In this document: one piece after another, positions 35,480 to 45,058 of the stretch
Position numbering within the stretch: position 1 is the stretch's first letter
Layout of the letters: each line of letters begins with the position of its first letter
DNA from: Candidatus Moraniibacteriota bacterium
GTDB taxonomy: Bacteria > Patescibacteriota > Minisyncoccia > Moranbacterales > UBA11712
NCBI GenBank assembly: GCA_030679895.1
Contig: JAUXSN010000003.1
Location: 5,517-69,516 of the forward strand
Reading direction: 5' to 3'
Length of the DNA stretch: 64,000 nt
The notes under the pieces: generated by a model
Seen by the model: the letters and a program-made list of their open reading frames with translations, nothing else
The model's database searches: none
What the model was told of the DNA's origin: nothing
Program-made: the position numbers and the translations under genes

Positions 35480-36932
35480 TGTTTGAGATTTCTTTGCAAT
35501 TTTTAATCTTCCAAAAATATAAAATAACAAACAGTCCCGCGTAATAAATTGTTGCATAAACCCACCCGAAATTTTTTATTTCTACCGACGCCCAGGATAG
35601 ATCGCCCAATCCCTGGACGATGGCTAATTCCAATTTCAGGAGAAGATACGGAATGAACCCGACAAGCTTCCCCAGCGGAACAAAAATAAAACCGGCTATC
35701 CCCGCCGCGAAGCCCGTCCCCATTATATAAGGTATCGCCGGCAAAATCAGTAAATTCGCAAGAGGGGAGACCAAAGAAAGTTTTTCAAAGGAATTGAGAA
35801 GGATCGGCAAAACGAAAATTTGAGCCGCCATCGTCATCAAAATTGTTTCCTTCAAAATGTTCGGACTCCCCTTTTGAAAAAATTTTTCAAACAGGGGATA
35901 GAGCCAGACGATTCCGAGCGTGGCAAAAAACGAAAGCTGAAAACCGGCGTCGTATCTCAACAATAACGGATTTATGAGAAGCATAACAGCGGCCGCCAAA
36001 ATAATCGCGTTTGTGGAGTTCGCGAGCCTCCCCTCTTTCATCGCCCAAATGACCAGCGCGCCCATAATCCCCGCTCTTACGGCAGAGCTCGGCGCGCCAG
36101 TCATGAGAACAAAGATCACAATTCCCAAAACCGCAAAAGAAAACACTTGCTGGCGCCAAAGGCCCAAAAAGATCCCGAGCCACATCAGAAACGCGGCCAC
36201 AATCGTCACGTTGTATCCCGAAACGGCCACCGTGTGCGTCGTTCCCGTTCTTGAAAATGCGTCGTTCAAATCCTTCGTCATTCGTTTGCTGCCTCCCAAA
36301 AGCAGTCCTTTGAGATACGCGCCTTCCGGATCGGGAAAAATCGCCGAAAGTTTTTCTTCAAACTTGTTTTTGACTGCCAAAACTGCTGAATAAAATATGC
36401 TTCCTTTGTTTTTTGCGACCGCTGTGATTTGCGCCCTGTTGCAAACGCGATGAATCCCGTCCTTCGCGAGATACATTTGATAATCAAAGTTCGAATCTTC
36501 AAAGTTCTTGGGTTCCTGCAAAATACATTTTGTTTTCAGCTCATCGCCATAATTATATGCCGGGTATATTTCTGTGTTTATGAGTATCTTGTTTTTCTCA
36601 CCGTCCTCGACTATAACCTTTTGATATTTTTCGTCTGTTTCCGGTTCCTTGATGACCGCCGCTGAAAATTCGACCGAACCGAGTTTCTCGCCGGCTAAAT
36701 TATTTTTTGCGCTATCAAGCGAAATATTCGTTCGCCAAATTCCAATGGCCAAAAACAAAATAGCCGCACTCGCGACTATAGCTTTTTTGTTTTTATAATT
36801 GATGATAAATATAACTATTCCCGAAGCAACAAAAACCAAGAGAGAAAATTTTTCAAACCGAAAAAACGACGCCAAAAAAACACCGAGCAAAAAACAAAGG
36901 GATAATATCAAAAATATTCTGGATTTGGTCAC
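35469..36932 (-). CDS. ComEC/Rec2 competence membrane channel domain protein
   Basis: 487 aa polytopic membrane protein with N-terminal domain + competence-type TM bundle; GTG start; overlaps 11 nt with downstream MBL ORF. Confidence 0.65.
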   Translation of the reverse strand: MTKSRIFLILSLCFLLGVFLASFFRFEKFSLLVFVASGIVIFIINYKNKKAIVASAAILFLAIGIWRTNISLDSAKNNLAGEKLGSVEFSAAVIKEPETDEKYQKVIVEDGEKNKILINTEIYPAYNYGDELKTKCILQEPKNFEDSNFDYQMYLAKDGIHRVCNRAQITAVAKNKGSIFYSAVLAVKNKFEEKLSAIFPDPEGAYLKGLLLGGSKRMTKDLNDAFSRTGTTHTVAVSGYNVTIVAAFLMWLGIFLGLWRQQVFSFAVLGIVIFVLMTGAPSSAVRAGIMGALVIWAMKEGRLANSTNAIILAAAVMLLINPLLLRYDAGFQLSFFATLGIVWLYPLFEKFFQKGSPNILKETILMTMAAQIFVLPILLNSFEKLSLVSPLANLLILPAIPYIMGTGFAAGIAGFIFVPLGKLVGFIPYLLLKLELAIVQGLGDLSWASVEIKNFGWVYATIYYAGLFVILYFWKIKNCKEISNNAE

Positions 36933-36946
36933 AAGATCATTATATC

Positions 36947-36976
36947 AAAAAAAGCGGGCCGAAACCCGCTTTTTAT
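36947..36976. terminator. bidirectional rho-independent terminator
   Basis: aaaaaaa-gcggg-ccgaaa-cccgc-tttttat. Confidence 0.7.
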
Positions 36977-37012
36977 CATCTTTCAATTCCTAAAGTTGAT
37001 CTTCAGGAGCGG

Positions 37013-37597
37013 TCAATTTGATAAGTTTAGATTATTTTGGCTCATTATCATAATCTTTTTCGCTTCAAAATTGTCTTTGCTTTTAATATCTTCAAAAGCC
37101 TCGACCGCGACGTTGTAGTTTTCTTTAATGTCATCCAGGCTGGCCGGATTTTCCTGCTCTTTTTCTCTTTTAATTATTACGGTATTTTTCGTCACAAGCA
37201 TTTTATAGGTCTTGTGGCCCTCTCCGCAACTAAACATATCCACAGTTATCGTATTTCTCTCGACTCCGACAACCGTTCCGGAAAAGGCATAGGTCGCGCC
37301 GGAAGAAACAATTTTAGGAACAGCGGTAGGATCAGCGGGAACAAGAGCAGGAGGGGGAATGGGAGCGGGAGCGGACGGCGGCAAATTGATACTTTTTTCA
37401 CTGCTCATTTTTTTGGCCGGACTTTCTGAATATTTCGCCATCCAGAAGAAATAAACGCTGATAATGACAAAATTCAACAGAAAACCGACAAAAAAACCTA
37501 TCAGAACCGGTAGGATTTTTTTGCACCGTTTTTTTTCCGGCAATTTATCCTCGGCCTTTTCACTTTTCTTTTTGGTGATTTTTTTTATGTTTTTCAT
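37013..37597 (-). CDS. membrane-anchored hypothetical protein (paralog of 40348..41001)
   Basis: 194 aa; TM LPVLIGFFVGFLLNFVIISVYFF; shared blocks FSGTVVGVERNTITVD / KTYKMLVTKNTVIIKRE with paralog. Confidence 0.5.
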   Translation of the reverse strand: MKNIKKITKKKSEKAEDKLPEKKRCKKILPVLIGFFVGFLLNFVIISVYFFWMAKYSESPAKKMSSEKSINLPPSAPAPIPPPALVPADPTAVPKIVSSGATYAFSGTVVGVERNTITVDMFSCGEGHKTYKMLVTKNTVIIKREKEQENPASLDDIKENYNVAVEAFEDIKSKDNFEAKKIMIMSQNNLNLSN

Positions 37598-37631
37598 TTT
37601 TGATTATAAAGCTTTGAGACCGATGACCTTT

Positions 37632-38225
37632 CTAAAAGGGAATTGCTCCGCAGGACCCGAGCGGAACTGAACGGAATGATTTGCAAACCGGAGAAATTGG
37701 CGCGCCAGAACATTGCCAATACCACCCGCAGTTTACCGCTGTCATACCGACGACACTTCCGAAAGCGCACAGCGTCCCCCCTCGGTCGCCTGCAGTACTG
37801 CACGACACCCCGCCATTGGCCGTTCCACAGACACCAGGCGCTCCGAGAATAAAATTTCCCCAGTTCCAGCCCGACCATACATAACCGTTCCAAACCACGA
37901 CTTGAGCCTGATAATAACTGCCATCCACTTCCAAAGTTCCTGGCGGTATATAATAGACGTTATTTCCCGGATACCAAGCTGCATTAACTAACCCTGTGAA
38001 GTATTTCAAAGTCCAAGTGGCACCTGTCCATTTAAACACCGCGACTTCATAGTAGCTAACAGCATCGCCCGATAAGCCGACATTGATATCGGGATAATAG
38101 GGATTAGCTACAATAAAAAAATCAGCTAGGCACACAGTGGTGCTGGCGGCATGCACAGTATCCGGACAATAAAATAACAGCAAAAGACAAACGGAAGCGA
38201 ATATCAATCCGATTTTCTTCATCAT
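37632..38225 (-). CDS. secreted Cys/Trp-rich protein (paralog of 16465..17520)
   Basis: 197 aa; signal peptide MMKKIGLIFASVCLLLLFYCPDTVHA near-identical at DNA level to 16465..17520 start; GCGWYWQCSG motif. Confidence 0.5.
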   Translation of the reverse strand: MMKKIGLIFASVCLLLLFYCPDTVHAASTTVCLADFFIVANPYYPDINVGLSGDAVSYYEVAVFKWTGATWTLKYFTGLVNAAWYPGNNVYYIPPGTLEVDGSYYQAQVVVWNGYVWSGWNWGNFILGAPGVCGTANGGVSCSTAGDRGGTLCAFGSVVGMTAVNCGWYWQCSGAPISPVCKSFRSVPLGSCGAIPF

Positions 38226-38277
38226 TTTTTATTTTCAATTCCTAAGGTTGAACTTTAGGAGCGGCAAATTTTCCAGG

Positions 38278-40311
38278 TTATTTTGACTCCAGCGCTTCGA
38301 TTCTTCTTTTCAAATCGTTTATTATTTCTTCCCTTACTCTTTCATTCGCTTCAAGATTGTCGATTTTTTCGCGAAGGATTTCGACATCCTGATCTTTTTC
38401 TATCTTCAGATCTTTTATTGATTCGATAATCAGAGGCGTCAACTTGGAATAATCAACAGCTTTGAGACCCTGCTCATTCGTGGTCACGACTTCAGGAAGA
38501 ACCTTTTCCACATCTTGGGCGATAACACCAACTTGGTTTCCGGTTCCCATCTCTTCATCCTTCCAGGTGAAACTGACGCCTTTTATCGAGAGAACTTTAT
38601 TGAGCGCATCATTAATAGGCTTGATATCTTTTTTGAGATTGATATCCGACATACAATTATACTGATTGGCATAGACGACGTTCAAAACGGTTGTTGACGC
38701 CGGATCGACATAGTAGCCGGTATTGTTCGCGTCATAGAAGATAGGGGCTTGTATCCAGCTGTAGGAATAGATATTATCAAAGACTCCATAGTTCATACGC
38801 GAAGTGGAAGCCGGATCGACATAGTATCCGGTATTTTGCCGGTCATAGAGAATGTTGACGCGCAAATCATTGAGGATCGAAACATTATTGAGATCCATAT
38901 AATAAGTAGTATCGTTCCAGTCATATTCCGTCCAATTCCAGCCGTAATTTCTGCCCAAATAGTTGACCCTCGAAGTGTTGTTGAAATCCATGTAATAATT
39001 CCCGTCGTTCCAGTCATACATATATTGGGGACGGAGATCGACTATGTAGGCACTGTCGACGTAATAGAGCTGATTCATTCGGCTGGAGCCGTTGGGATCG
39101 ACATAATAGCCATTATTTTGCTGGTCATAGTATATCGGGGCTTGCATCCAGCCATAGGAATAAACATTGTCGTTGACGGTGTAATTGAAACGGGAGGTTC
39201 CATTGGGGTCTATGTAATAGCCCCCGTTGTTCCAATCATAAACAGGCCCGTTGAAAGAATAGACCGGCTGCATGCCATAGACATTTGAATAGTAATTAGG
39301 GTCAAGATAATATCCCGTGTTGTTTCCGTCATATATAATGGCAGCGTAGAGAGGTTTGGTTCCGCCGGGGCCGATGGTTACGGCATTACCGCCGTAATAG
39401 TTGAGTTCAAGCGTGCCTCCGCCTCCGTATCCTCCGTCTGTCTCAACGGTATCAACGGCGATAGAACCAGGGTTATAGTAAGCAGCGCCGTTTCCGATGC
39501 CATAAGCGCTCCCGGTTGTGATGCCAGAGCCATTGAATCCTATGCGCACACCCGAGCGCAGATAGTCATTCACATCCTTTCTCAAAAAATTGCCCCCCAT
39601 TTGGCTCATCCACATGCCGGCCGCGTTGGAATAAAAGTCTTGGGCATAGACAGGCGGACCATATCCGCCGCTTCGGTTTAGAAATTGAAAATATTGATCG
39701 GAGCCAAAATACATCGGGGAGCCGCCATTTCCCGCCAAGAGACCCGTATATCCCCACAGCGAACCCAGCTGGAGATCCGCTCGGCTGTTTTCGTCGTAAA
39801 GTCTAAAAACTCCACTGCCCATATATCCCTCGTATTTTCCAGCTGTGGAAAAATAAAGGTAAGATCCGTTGGTTTTGAGAGTGGGATATACGTTGGCTGA
39901 ATAACCCGGCAGGTCGCCAGTCAGACCTATCCATCCTTGAGAGGGAGCGCTGTTCACGATATTTCCGGCGGCCTGCGAATAGCTGTCGGTATACACCGGT
40001 CCGTGAAAATACCCGCCATATCCCGCGTATCCCAAAAGCCCGTAGGCTCCGTTGCTAGTGTTGACGCCATAGACCCCATAACTTGCTCCCTGGGCATATA
40101 TACCGTAGCCTCCGGCTCCGCTGATGGATAAAGATCCTTGTTTGATTTGAGAAGTTGTTCCCGTATGAAGAGGCGCGGCGATGTTTCCTCCGGGCGGGGT
40201 AGCGCTTGGTTCCACCCAGGCATTGGCAAAGGAATAGATCGAGAAGCCAAGCGAAAAAAGTATCAGGATTATGGCTGACGCGCGGACGGGATGAAGTTGG
40301 AATTTCGACAT
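38278..40311 (-). CDS. tail-fibre-like surface protein with C-terminal intramolecular chaperone (peptidase S74-like) domain
   Basis: 677 aa; N-terminal hydrophobic anchor; Gly/Tyr-rich region, 5x YY(V/M)DPxxxSRxN repeats; C-terminal DINLKKDIKPINDALNKVLSIKGVSFTWKDE...VGVIAQDVEKVLPEVV...AVDYSKLTPLIIESIKDL resembling endosialidase/tail-fibre chaperone domain, then coiled coil. Confidence 0.55.
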   Translation of the reverse strand: MSKFQLHPVRASAIILILFSLGFSIYSFANAWVEPSATPPGGNIAAPLHTGTTSQIKQGSLSISGAGGYGIYAQGASYGVYGVNTSNGAYGLLGYAGYGGYFHGPVYTDSYSQAAGNIVNSAPSQGWIGLTGDLPGYSANVYPTLKTNGSYLYFSTAGKYEGYMGSGVFRLYDENSRADLQLGSLWGYTGLLAGNGGSPMYFGSDQYFQFLNRSGGYGPPVYAQDFYSNAAGMWMSQMGGNFLRKDVNDYLRSGVRIGFNGSGITTGSAYGIGNGAAYYNPGSIAVDTVETDGGYGGGGTLELNYYGGNAVTIGPGGTKPLYAAIIYDGNNTGYYLDPNYYSNVYGMQPVYSFNGPVYDWNNGGYYIDPNGTSRFNYTVNDNVYSYGWMQAPIYYDQQNNGYYVDPNGSSRMNQLYYVDSAYIVDLRPQYMYDWNDGNYYMDFNNTSRVNYLGRNYGWNWTEYDWNDTTYYMDLNNVSILNDLRVNILYDRQNTGYYVDPASTSRMNYGVFDNIYSYSWIQAPIFYDANNTGYYVDPASTTVLNVVYANQYNCMSDINLKKDIKPINDALNKVLSIKGVSFTWKDEEMGTGNQVGVIAQDVEKVLPEVVTTNEQGLKAVDYSKLTPLIIESIKDLKIEKDQDVEILREKIDNLEANERVREEIINDLKRRIEALESK

Positions 40312-40347
40312 AGAATTAGGGACTAGATTATTTATTTTTGTCGGATA

Positions 40348-41001
40348 CTATTTTTGAGCAGAAGGCGCAGCCGGAGGAGCCGGGAGATCGGTAGGAGCGG
40401 GAAAATTGTCCGCTTTCAAAGGAGCGGCAGGCACAGGCGGCGGAGTTGGAATTGAATTCATATCCGATGTTGCGGAAGGAGCGGGAAGATTGGATATCTC
40501 AATGTAAACAGTTTTAGCTTCGAATTCAGTTTTATCTTTGATATTTTCATCGGATTCAACGGTGATGCTGTCGTTTTGGCGGATATCCTCCAGCTTGGCA
40601 TCAGTAGTAGTGAAAGGCTCAAAAGACTTTCCTTCCTCCGGTTTGGGGATTTCTTTTTTTATTTCTCTTTTCTGGATTTTGGTATTGTCGCCGATTTTGA
40701 CCTTATACGACTTCTCTTGCCCGAAGAAAAACGACTTTACCGTCAATGTTCCATCCTGGATTTCAGTGACTGTTCCGCCTATACTGAAGACTTCGTTTGG
40801 AACGGGAACAGTAGGAGCTTCGGGAATGGCGCTTGCTTTTTTCTCGGCCACTTTTTGAGCTTCAGCGCATTCATTTTCCACTTTGGTAACTTTTTTCTGT
40901 ATCCAGAGGCCGGAAACGAGAGCTCCGAGAATGAAAACCAGCACAAACCCGCCCGCCATAATGGCTATTTTGCGGCCTTTGTTTTCGATTGGCATGTCCA
41001 T
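40348..41001 (-). CDS. membrane-anchored hypothetical protein (paralog of 37013..37597), Pro-rich C-terminus
   Basis: 217 aa; TM IAIMAGGFVLVFILGALVSGLWI; FSIGGTVTEIQDGTLTVK block. Confidence 0.5.
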   Translation of the reverse strand: MDMPIENKGRKIAIMAGGFVLVFILGALVSGLWIQKKVTKVENECAEAQKVAEKKASAIPEAPTVPVPNEVFSIGGTVTEIQDGTLTVKSFFFGQEKSYKVKIGDNTKIQKREIKKEIPKPEEGKSFEPFTTTDAKLEDIRQNDSITVESDENIKDKTEFEAKTVYIEISNLPAPSATSDMNSIPTPPPVPAAPLKADNFPAPTDLPAPPAAPSAQK

Positions 41002-41083
41002 ATTTTTGTTTTAAGGATTATTTAAACATATTTTAGCATAACGGTCATATATCTTCAATGGCAAGTTATCCGCATTCTTGCTG

Positions 41084-42358
41084 CTAGGGAGCTGCCTCAA
41101 TCCAACCCGGCCGGCTTACGAAAAGTTCACAGCTCCCGCTCCCGCAAGACGCGCAACTGGACGCCGCCGTAACCTGAAAATTTTTCATGGCGCAATATTT
41201 TCCTCCGGGAGTGGTCGTGTATATTTCCACGGAATAGGTCGAGCCGCTCGCCGTCGCGCTTTTCACGCAGTCCGAGTCGCTCCCTGAATAGCTCCAGTTT
41301 ACTGACGGATCGGAATATCCTGTTATATCGGCCGTGAATGTTGCAGTTTCTCCGGGTATTATGGTCGTCTCTTCCGGAGAACACTTCGTTGAACAGCTTT
41401 GCAAAATAGTCAGAGCGGCACTGCTTTGCCCGCAAATGGATTGTTCCGTAACCGTCGCGGAGTCGGAGCATATATTTTCCGGAATATTAGTAATGAAAAT
41501 ATCAAAATTATATGATGTCTGTCCGGCCGGAAAAACGACAGGATTTGTCGGAAAAGAAAGCCGGGAGGGATTACTACTTGAAAGATTCACCGAAACAGGA
41601 AAGCTGGCCGCCCGATTGCGAACCAAAGAAAGGCTGCTCGCGGTTTCGTAAATTGTCTGGCTTGCCGAAGGAAAAGCAATGCTGCAAATTTCAGCGTTCG
41701 CAAATTTTATCCATCCCAAGCCGGAATTGTTGCTAACATTCGCACCTTGGTTTCCGGAATTCCAGCCGTAGCTATTGCTGCCGGCCAAACCGTCTTGCTG
41801 CAAACTCAATCCATAAGTGGAGCCTTTGAGCCTGATCCACCCGTCGTCTCCCATAGAGACAATCTTCGCCCATCCGTCAACATATCCCTGATAATCATTT
41901 CCGGTCTTATGCCACTCGGCCGAATGGCATTCGCCGGGACAAAAAGGAGGAGAACCGGCCTGAAAATTGACCCAGCCTATTGATTCAGCGTCATTTTGGC
42001 AAGTCAAACCGGAAAGATTGGCGCTATAGGGATCCGAAGTAGAACCGATCCCAAACCAGGCGTATCCGTTGACCGACCGGGTATTGTCTCCCTGACTTCC
42101 TCCAAGGGTGACGGCATAAGCCGATCCCGAGCAGCTTGTCTGCCCGGAGGAAAAACTCAACCAGCCGCCCACCGGCTCGCCGGTGTTCACTCCGTTTACC
42201 AAATCATTTCCAATCCATCCAAACCCGCTTAAATTGAGATCAGCCAAAGAGAAACGAGAAAAATAGAAAAGGCCTGCCGCTAATATAACTAGCAGTAATG
42301 GCAAAAGAAACTTTTTTTTCACTTTAGTCTTTTTTTGTTTTTTGACCGTCATCGTCAT
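41084..42358 (-). CDS. secreted repeat protein (GWI/GW aromatic repeats), unknown function
   Basis: 424 aa; signal/TM FLLPLLLVILAAGLFYF; repeats GWLSFSS, GWVNFQ, GWIRLKG, GWIKFANA; Cys-rich C-terminus. Confidence 0.5.
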   Translation of the reverse strand: MTMTVKKQKKTKVKKKFLLPLLLVILAAGLFYFSRFSLADLNLSGFGWIGNDLVNGVNTGEPVGGWLSFSSGQTSCSGSAYAVTLGGSQGDNTRSVNGYAWFGIGSTSDPYSANLSGLTCQNDAESIGWVNFQAGSPPFCPGECHSAEWHKTGNDYQGYVDGWAKIVSMGDDGWIRLKGSTYGLSLQQDGLAGSNSYGWNSGNQGANVSNNSGLGWIKFANAEICSIAFPSASQTIYETASSLSLVRNRAASFPVSVNLSSSNPSRLSFPTNPVVFPAGQTSYNFDIFITNIPENICSDSATVTEQSICGQSSAALTILQSCSTKCSPEETTIIPGETATFTADITGYSDPSVNWSYSGSDSDCVKSATASGSTYSVEIYTTTPGGKYCAMKNFQVTAASSCASCGSGSCELFVSRPGWIEAAP

Positions 42359-42505
42359 AAAAGAAGATTTTTTATACGAAGAAGAAAAATATCCTAAAGT
42401 AATGCAAAAAAACGCTTCCAGTGGCGATATTTTTAAAAGAGATCCTTTATTGGTTATATTATATCACAATAAAGGAAGGGTAGCTATCCACACCCTCAAA
42501 TCCGG

Positions 42506-42724
42506 TTAGCTTATTTCAATAAGCTTCACTCGAGTAGATTTTCCGCCGATTATTGTAATTGAGCTTTTCGGCGCGTCAAAATATTCGGCCAGTATTTTGA
42601 TCACGGCGTCATTGGCTTTCCCTTTTTCCGGCGGCGCTGTGACTTTCACTTTATATTCGCCTTCGGAAATTTTCACGACTTCGTTTTTCCCCGCGCGCGG
42701 GGTCACTTTGACGTAGATTCTCAT
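42506..42724 (-). CDS. DUF167/YggU family protein
   Basis: 72 aa from internal Met: MRIYVKVTPRAGKNEV...GKAN... Confidence 0.6.
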   Translation of the reverse strand: MRIYVKVTPRAGKNEVVKISEGEYKVKVTAPPEKGKANDAVIKILAEYFDAPKSSITIIGGKSTRVKLIEIS

Positions 42725-42767
42725 ATATTTCCTACTAATCCCTTTCCTAATCAACGAGATTAGGAAA

Positions 42768-43691
42768 TTAGTTAATGTATTTTTTCGCTTCGGGAGTAAG
42801 AAAAATATTTCTTTTGTAATCCAAAAAAATTGCGGCGGTTTTGTTTTTTTTTGCAAATTCCAGTCCCCTTTCTTTTCCCATGAGCATCAGCACCTTGGCT
42901 CGGCCGTCGGCATATTCCGTTTTTTCGGAAATCACGGAAACGGTTCGGAGCTCGTAGGAAAAATGATTCGGATTTTTCGGATTCACAAGATGATGGAATT
43001 TCTTTCCTTTTATTTCCCATTTCTTTCGGCTGATGCCGGAAGTGGCAATGCCCCTGTCCGTTATCTCGAGCATCAATTTTTCTTCCGGCACGCCTTCGAT
43101 GGAAATTTTCCAATCCGCGCCGTCTTTGTTTTTTCCGACTATCCGCATGTCCCCGCCGGAATCAATCAGAAAGTTTTTCCAGCCTCTCTTTTTCAAAAAT
43201 TCAGCGGCGCAATCGGTGATGTATCCCTTGGCGATGCCGGAAAAATCCATCCTCTTTTTGAACAATATTGTGTCTCCGCTCACTCCTAAATCACGAGACA
43301 AATCGCCCTCAATTTTTGAAAATTTTTCCGGAAGATCCAGCTTTCTAAAATCAGTTTTCTGAAAATCCAGGCCATAGCCGATTTTTTCCAAAACTCCGAT
43401 GATTCTGGGATCATAAAGTCCCCCGCTGATTTCGTTATAGTGAAGCGCGCGACCGGCCAGATACAAAATATCCGGCGACGCTTTTTGAAAGACACCTGAA
43501 TTTTGATTCAGCCGGCTAAGCTCGCTTTCCGCGCTGAAACGGCAGAAAATTTTTTGCTTGGCGCGATAAATATTTTCGATTTCTTCTATATCTTTTTTCG
43601 CCTTTTTTCTTTCTGCCTCATCATTAATAACAATACAAACATTTATATCAGTGCCCAGAGCGCGAAAATTTGATTTTACTTCAGATTTCAT
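42768..43691 (-). CDS. apbE: FAD:protein FMN transferase (ApbE family)
   Basis: 307 aa; ALGTDINV, ...GIAKGYITD..., SGGDM motifs. Confidence 0.75.
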   Translation of the reverse strand: MKSEVKSNFRALGTDINVCIVINDEAERKKAKKDIEEIENIYRAKQKIFCRFSAESELSRLNQNSGVFQKASPDILYLAGRALHYNEISGGLYDPRIIGVLEKIGYGLDFQKTDFRKLDLPEKFSKIEGDLSRDLGVSGDTILFKKRMDFSGIAKGYITDCAAEFLKKRGWKNFLIDSGGDMRIVGKNKDGADWKISIEGVPEEKLMLEITDRGIATSGISRKKWEIKGKKFHHLVNPKNPNHFSYELRTVSVISEKTEYADGRAKVLMLMGKERGLEFAKKNKTAAIFLDYKRNIFLTPEAKKYIN

Positions 43692-43701
43692 AAGAGCCTA
43701 A

Positions 43702-43738
43702 AAATCTCTATCCTGAGATCGGATCTTAGGATAGAGAT
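43702..43738. repeat. palindromic hairpin sharing gatcggatcttagg core with 18248..18290
   Basis: aatctctatcctgagatcggatcttaggatagagatt. Confidence 0.75.
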
Positions 43739-43992
43739 TAATTTACTATTTTTTTGATCTCTCCTTTCACTTGATCGTCAATTTGATCCGGAAGCATATC
43801 GCCCGCCGGATTGTGAATAGTGGCTTCATGGTAGACAAACCCCTCAACCTTTCTCACGACTTTTTTCAGAAAATCTTTTTCCGGTTTGTTGATTGTGAGA
43901 GAAAACGGAGAAAAACTCACGGAAAAAATACCGCCGAGCCAGGCAAGGAGGACAACTAAAATTACAAGTAAGAAAATAATTTTTTTTATCAT
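43738..43992 (-). CDS. small membrane protein, hypothetical
   Basis: 84 aa with N-terminal TM IIFLLVILVVLLAWLGGIF. Confidence 0.4.
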   Translation of the reverse strand: MIKKIIFLLVILVVLLAWLGGIFSVSFSPFSLTINKPEKDFLKKVVRKVEGFVYHEATIHNPAGDMLPDQIDDQVKGEIKKIVN

Positions 43993-44002
43993 AATTTAGT
44001 TC

Positions 44003-44148
44003 AAAGCGCAAAACCATATTTTGTCATCCCGCGCTTGATGCGGGATCCAGTTTCTGCAAGTAGAATTATATTTTCTGGATCCCCGCTGGAGTTTATCCTC
44101 GTGAAAACGGGGACGGGGATGACACTCAAAAAAATGTGAGTTTTGCAT
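44003..44148. repeat. intergenic palindromic element, family B
   Basis: caaagcgcaaaacc...tgtcatcccgcgcttgatgcgggatccag...ctggatccccgctggagtttatcctcgtgaaaacggggacggggatgaca...gtgagttttgcat; right half identical to copy at 59153-59202. Confidence 0.8.
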
Positions 44149-44149
44149 A

Positions 44150-44869
44150 TCATCTTATTTCTATCTTCTCAAAATATTTCTCGATATTTTTCGCTATTTT
44201 TTCGAGATCCAGCCTTTTCCCTTTTGTTTTTTTCTTGAGATTCGGATCGAGTATTTTCCCCTTGTCTTCAAAAGCTTGCAGGACATATTTTTTCGCGCCT
44301 TCGAGCCACTTCCCGATTTTGGAAAAATCGCCTTCGGAATGCAAACCGGGCACGGCAGTTGTGCGAAATTCATAGTCAACACCGCTGTTTCGTATCAAAT
44401 CCACGCTCAACTTAATACGCTCTACATCCACTTCGCTATTCGTCGTGGAATTGTATCTTTCCGGGCTGTTTTTGATGTCCATCGCTACAAAATCAAGCAG
44501 CTTGCCTGCCGATGAGGCAGGTTTCTCCGAAAATAGCCGCCTCAATATGTCCGGGCGGGCGCCGTTTGTGTCAAGCTTCACTTTATAGCCTATGCTTTTT
44601 ATTTTCTTTATAAAATCAACAATATCCGGCTGAAGAGTCGGCTCACCCCCGGTGATGCAAACTCCTTCGATTTTTCCTTTTCTCGTTTCTAAAAATTTAA
44701 AAAAATCTTCTTCCAATATATTGGAAATTGGAAATTGGAAATTGGAAATTGCCAACTCGGGGTTGTGGCAAAACGGGCAGCGGAAATTACATCCCACCGT
44801 GAAAACAGTCGCGGCAATATGGCCGGGATAGTCAATGAGCGTCAGTTTTTGTAAACCGCCGAGAATCAT
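44150..44869 (-). CDS. nrdG: anaerobic ribonucleoside-triphosphate reductase activating protein
   Basis: 239 aa; CNFRCPFCHNPEL rSAM motif, ITGGEPTLQPD; adjacent to nrdD; contains 4x ggaaatt tandem 7-mer (ISNFQFPISN). Confidence 0.8.
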   Translation of the reverse strand: MILGGLQKLTLIDYPGHIAATVFTVGCNFRCPFCHNPELAISNFQFPISNILEEDFFKFLETRKGKIEGVCITGGEPTLQPDIVDFIKKIKSIGYKVKLDTNGARPDILRRLFSEKPASSAGKLLDFVAMDIKNSPERYNSTTNSEVDVERIKLSVDLIRNSGVDYEFRTTAVPGLHSEGDFSKIGKWLEGAKKYVLQAFEDKGKILDPNLKKKTKGKRLDLEKIAKNIEKYFEKIEIR

Positions 44870-45058
44870 AAAATATAAAATACTAAATCGCCGAAGAATT
44901 GAAATTTTTGCAGAAAATTTTGTTTGAGAATATGATTTATGTCGAAAAAATACGTGATAGATTTGCGTATGAAGTATTTTTTCGCTACAGAAATCATATT
45001 CGAGTTAATTTTCAAGAAAATTTCGGTTCTTTCGGCGATTCTAATATGTCGTACGTAA

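Noticed and set aside
38749-39288. 179-aa plus-strand ORF (Ile/Val-rich) inside the tail-fibre-like gene
   Set aside because: Mirror translation of the Tyr/Asn-rich repeats on the coding strand.
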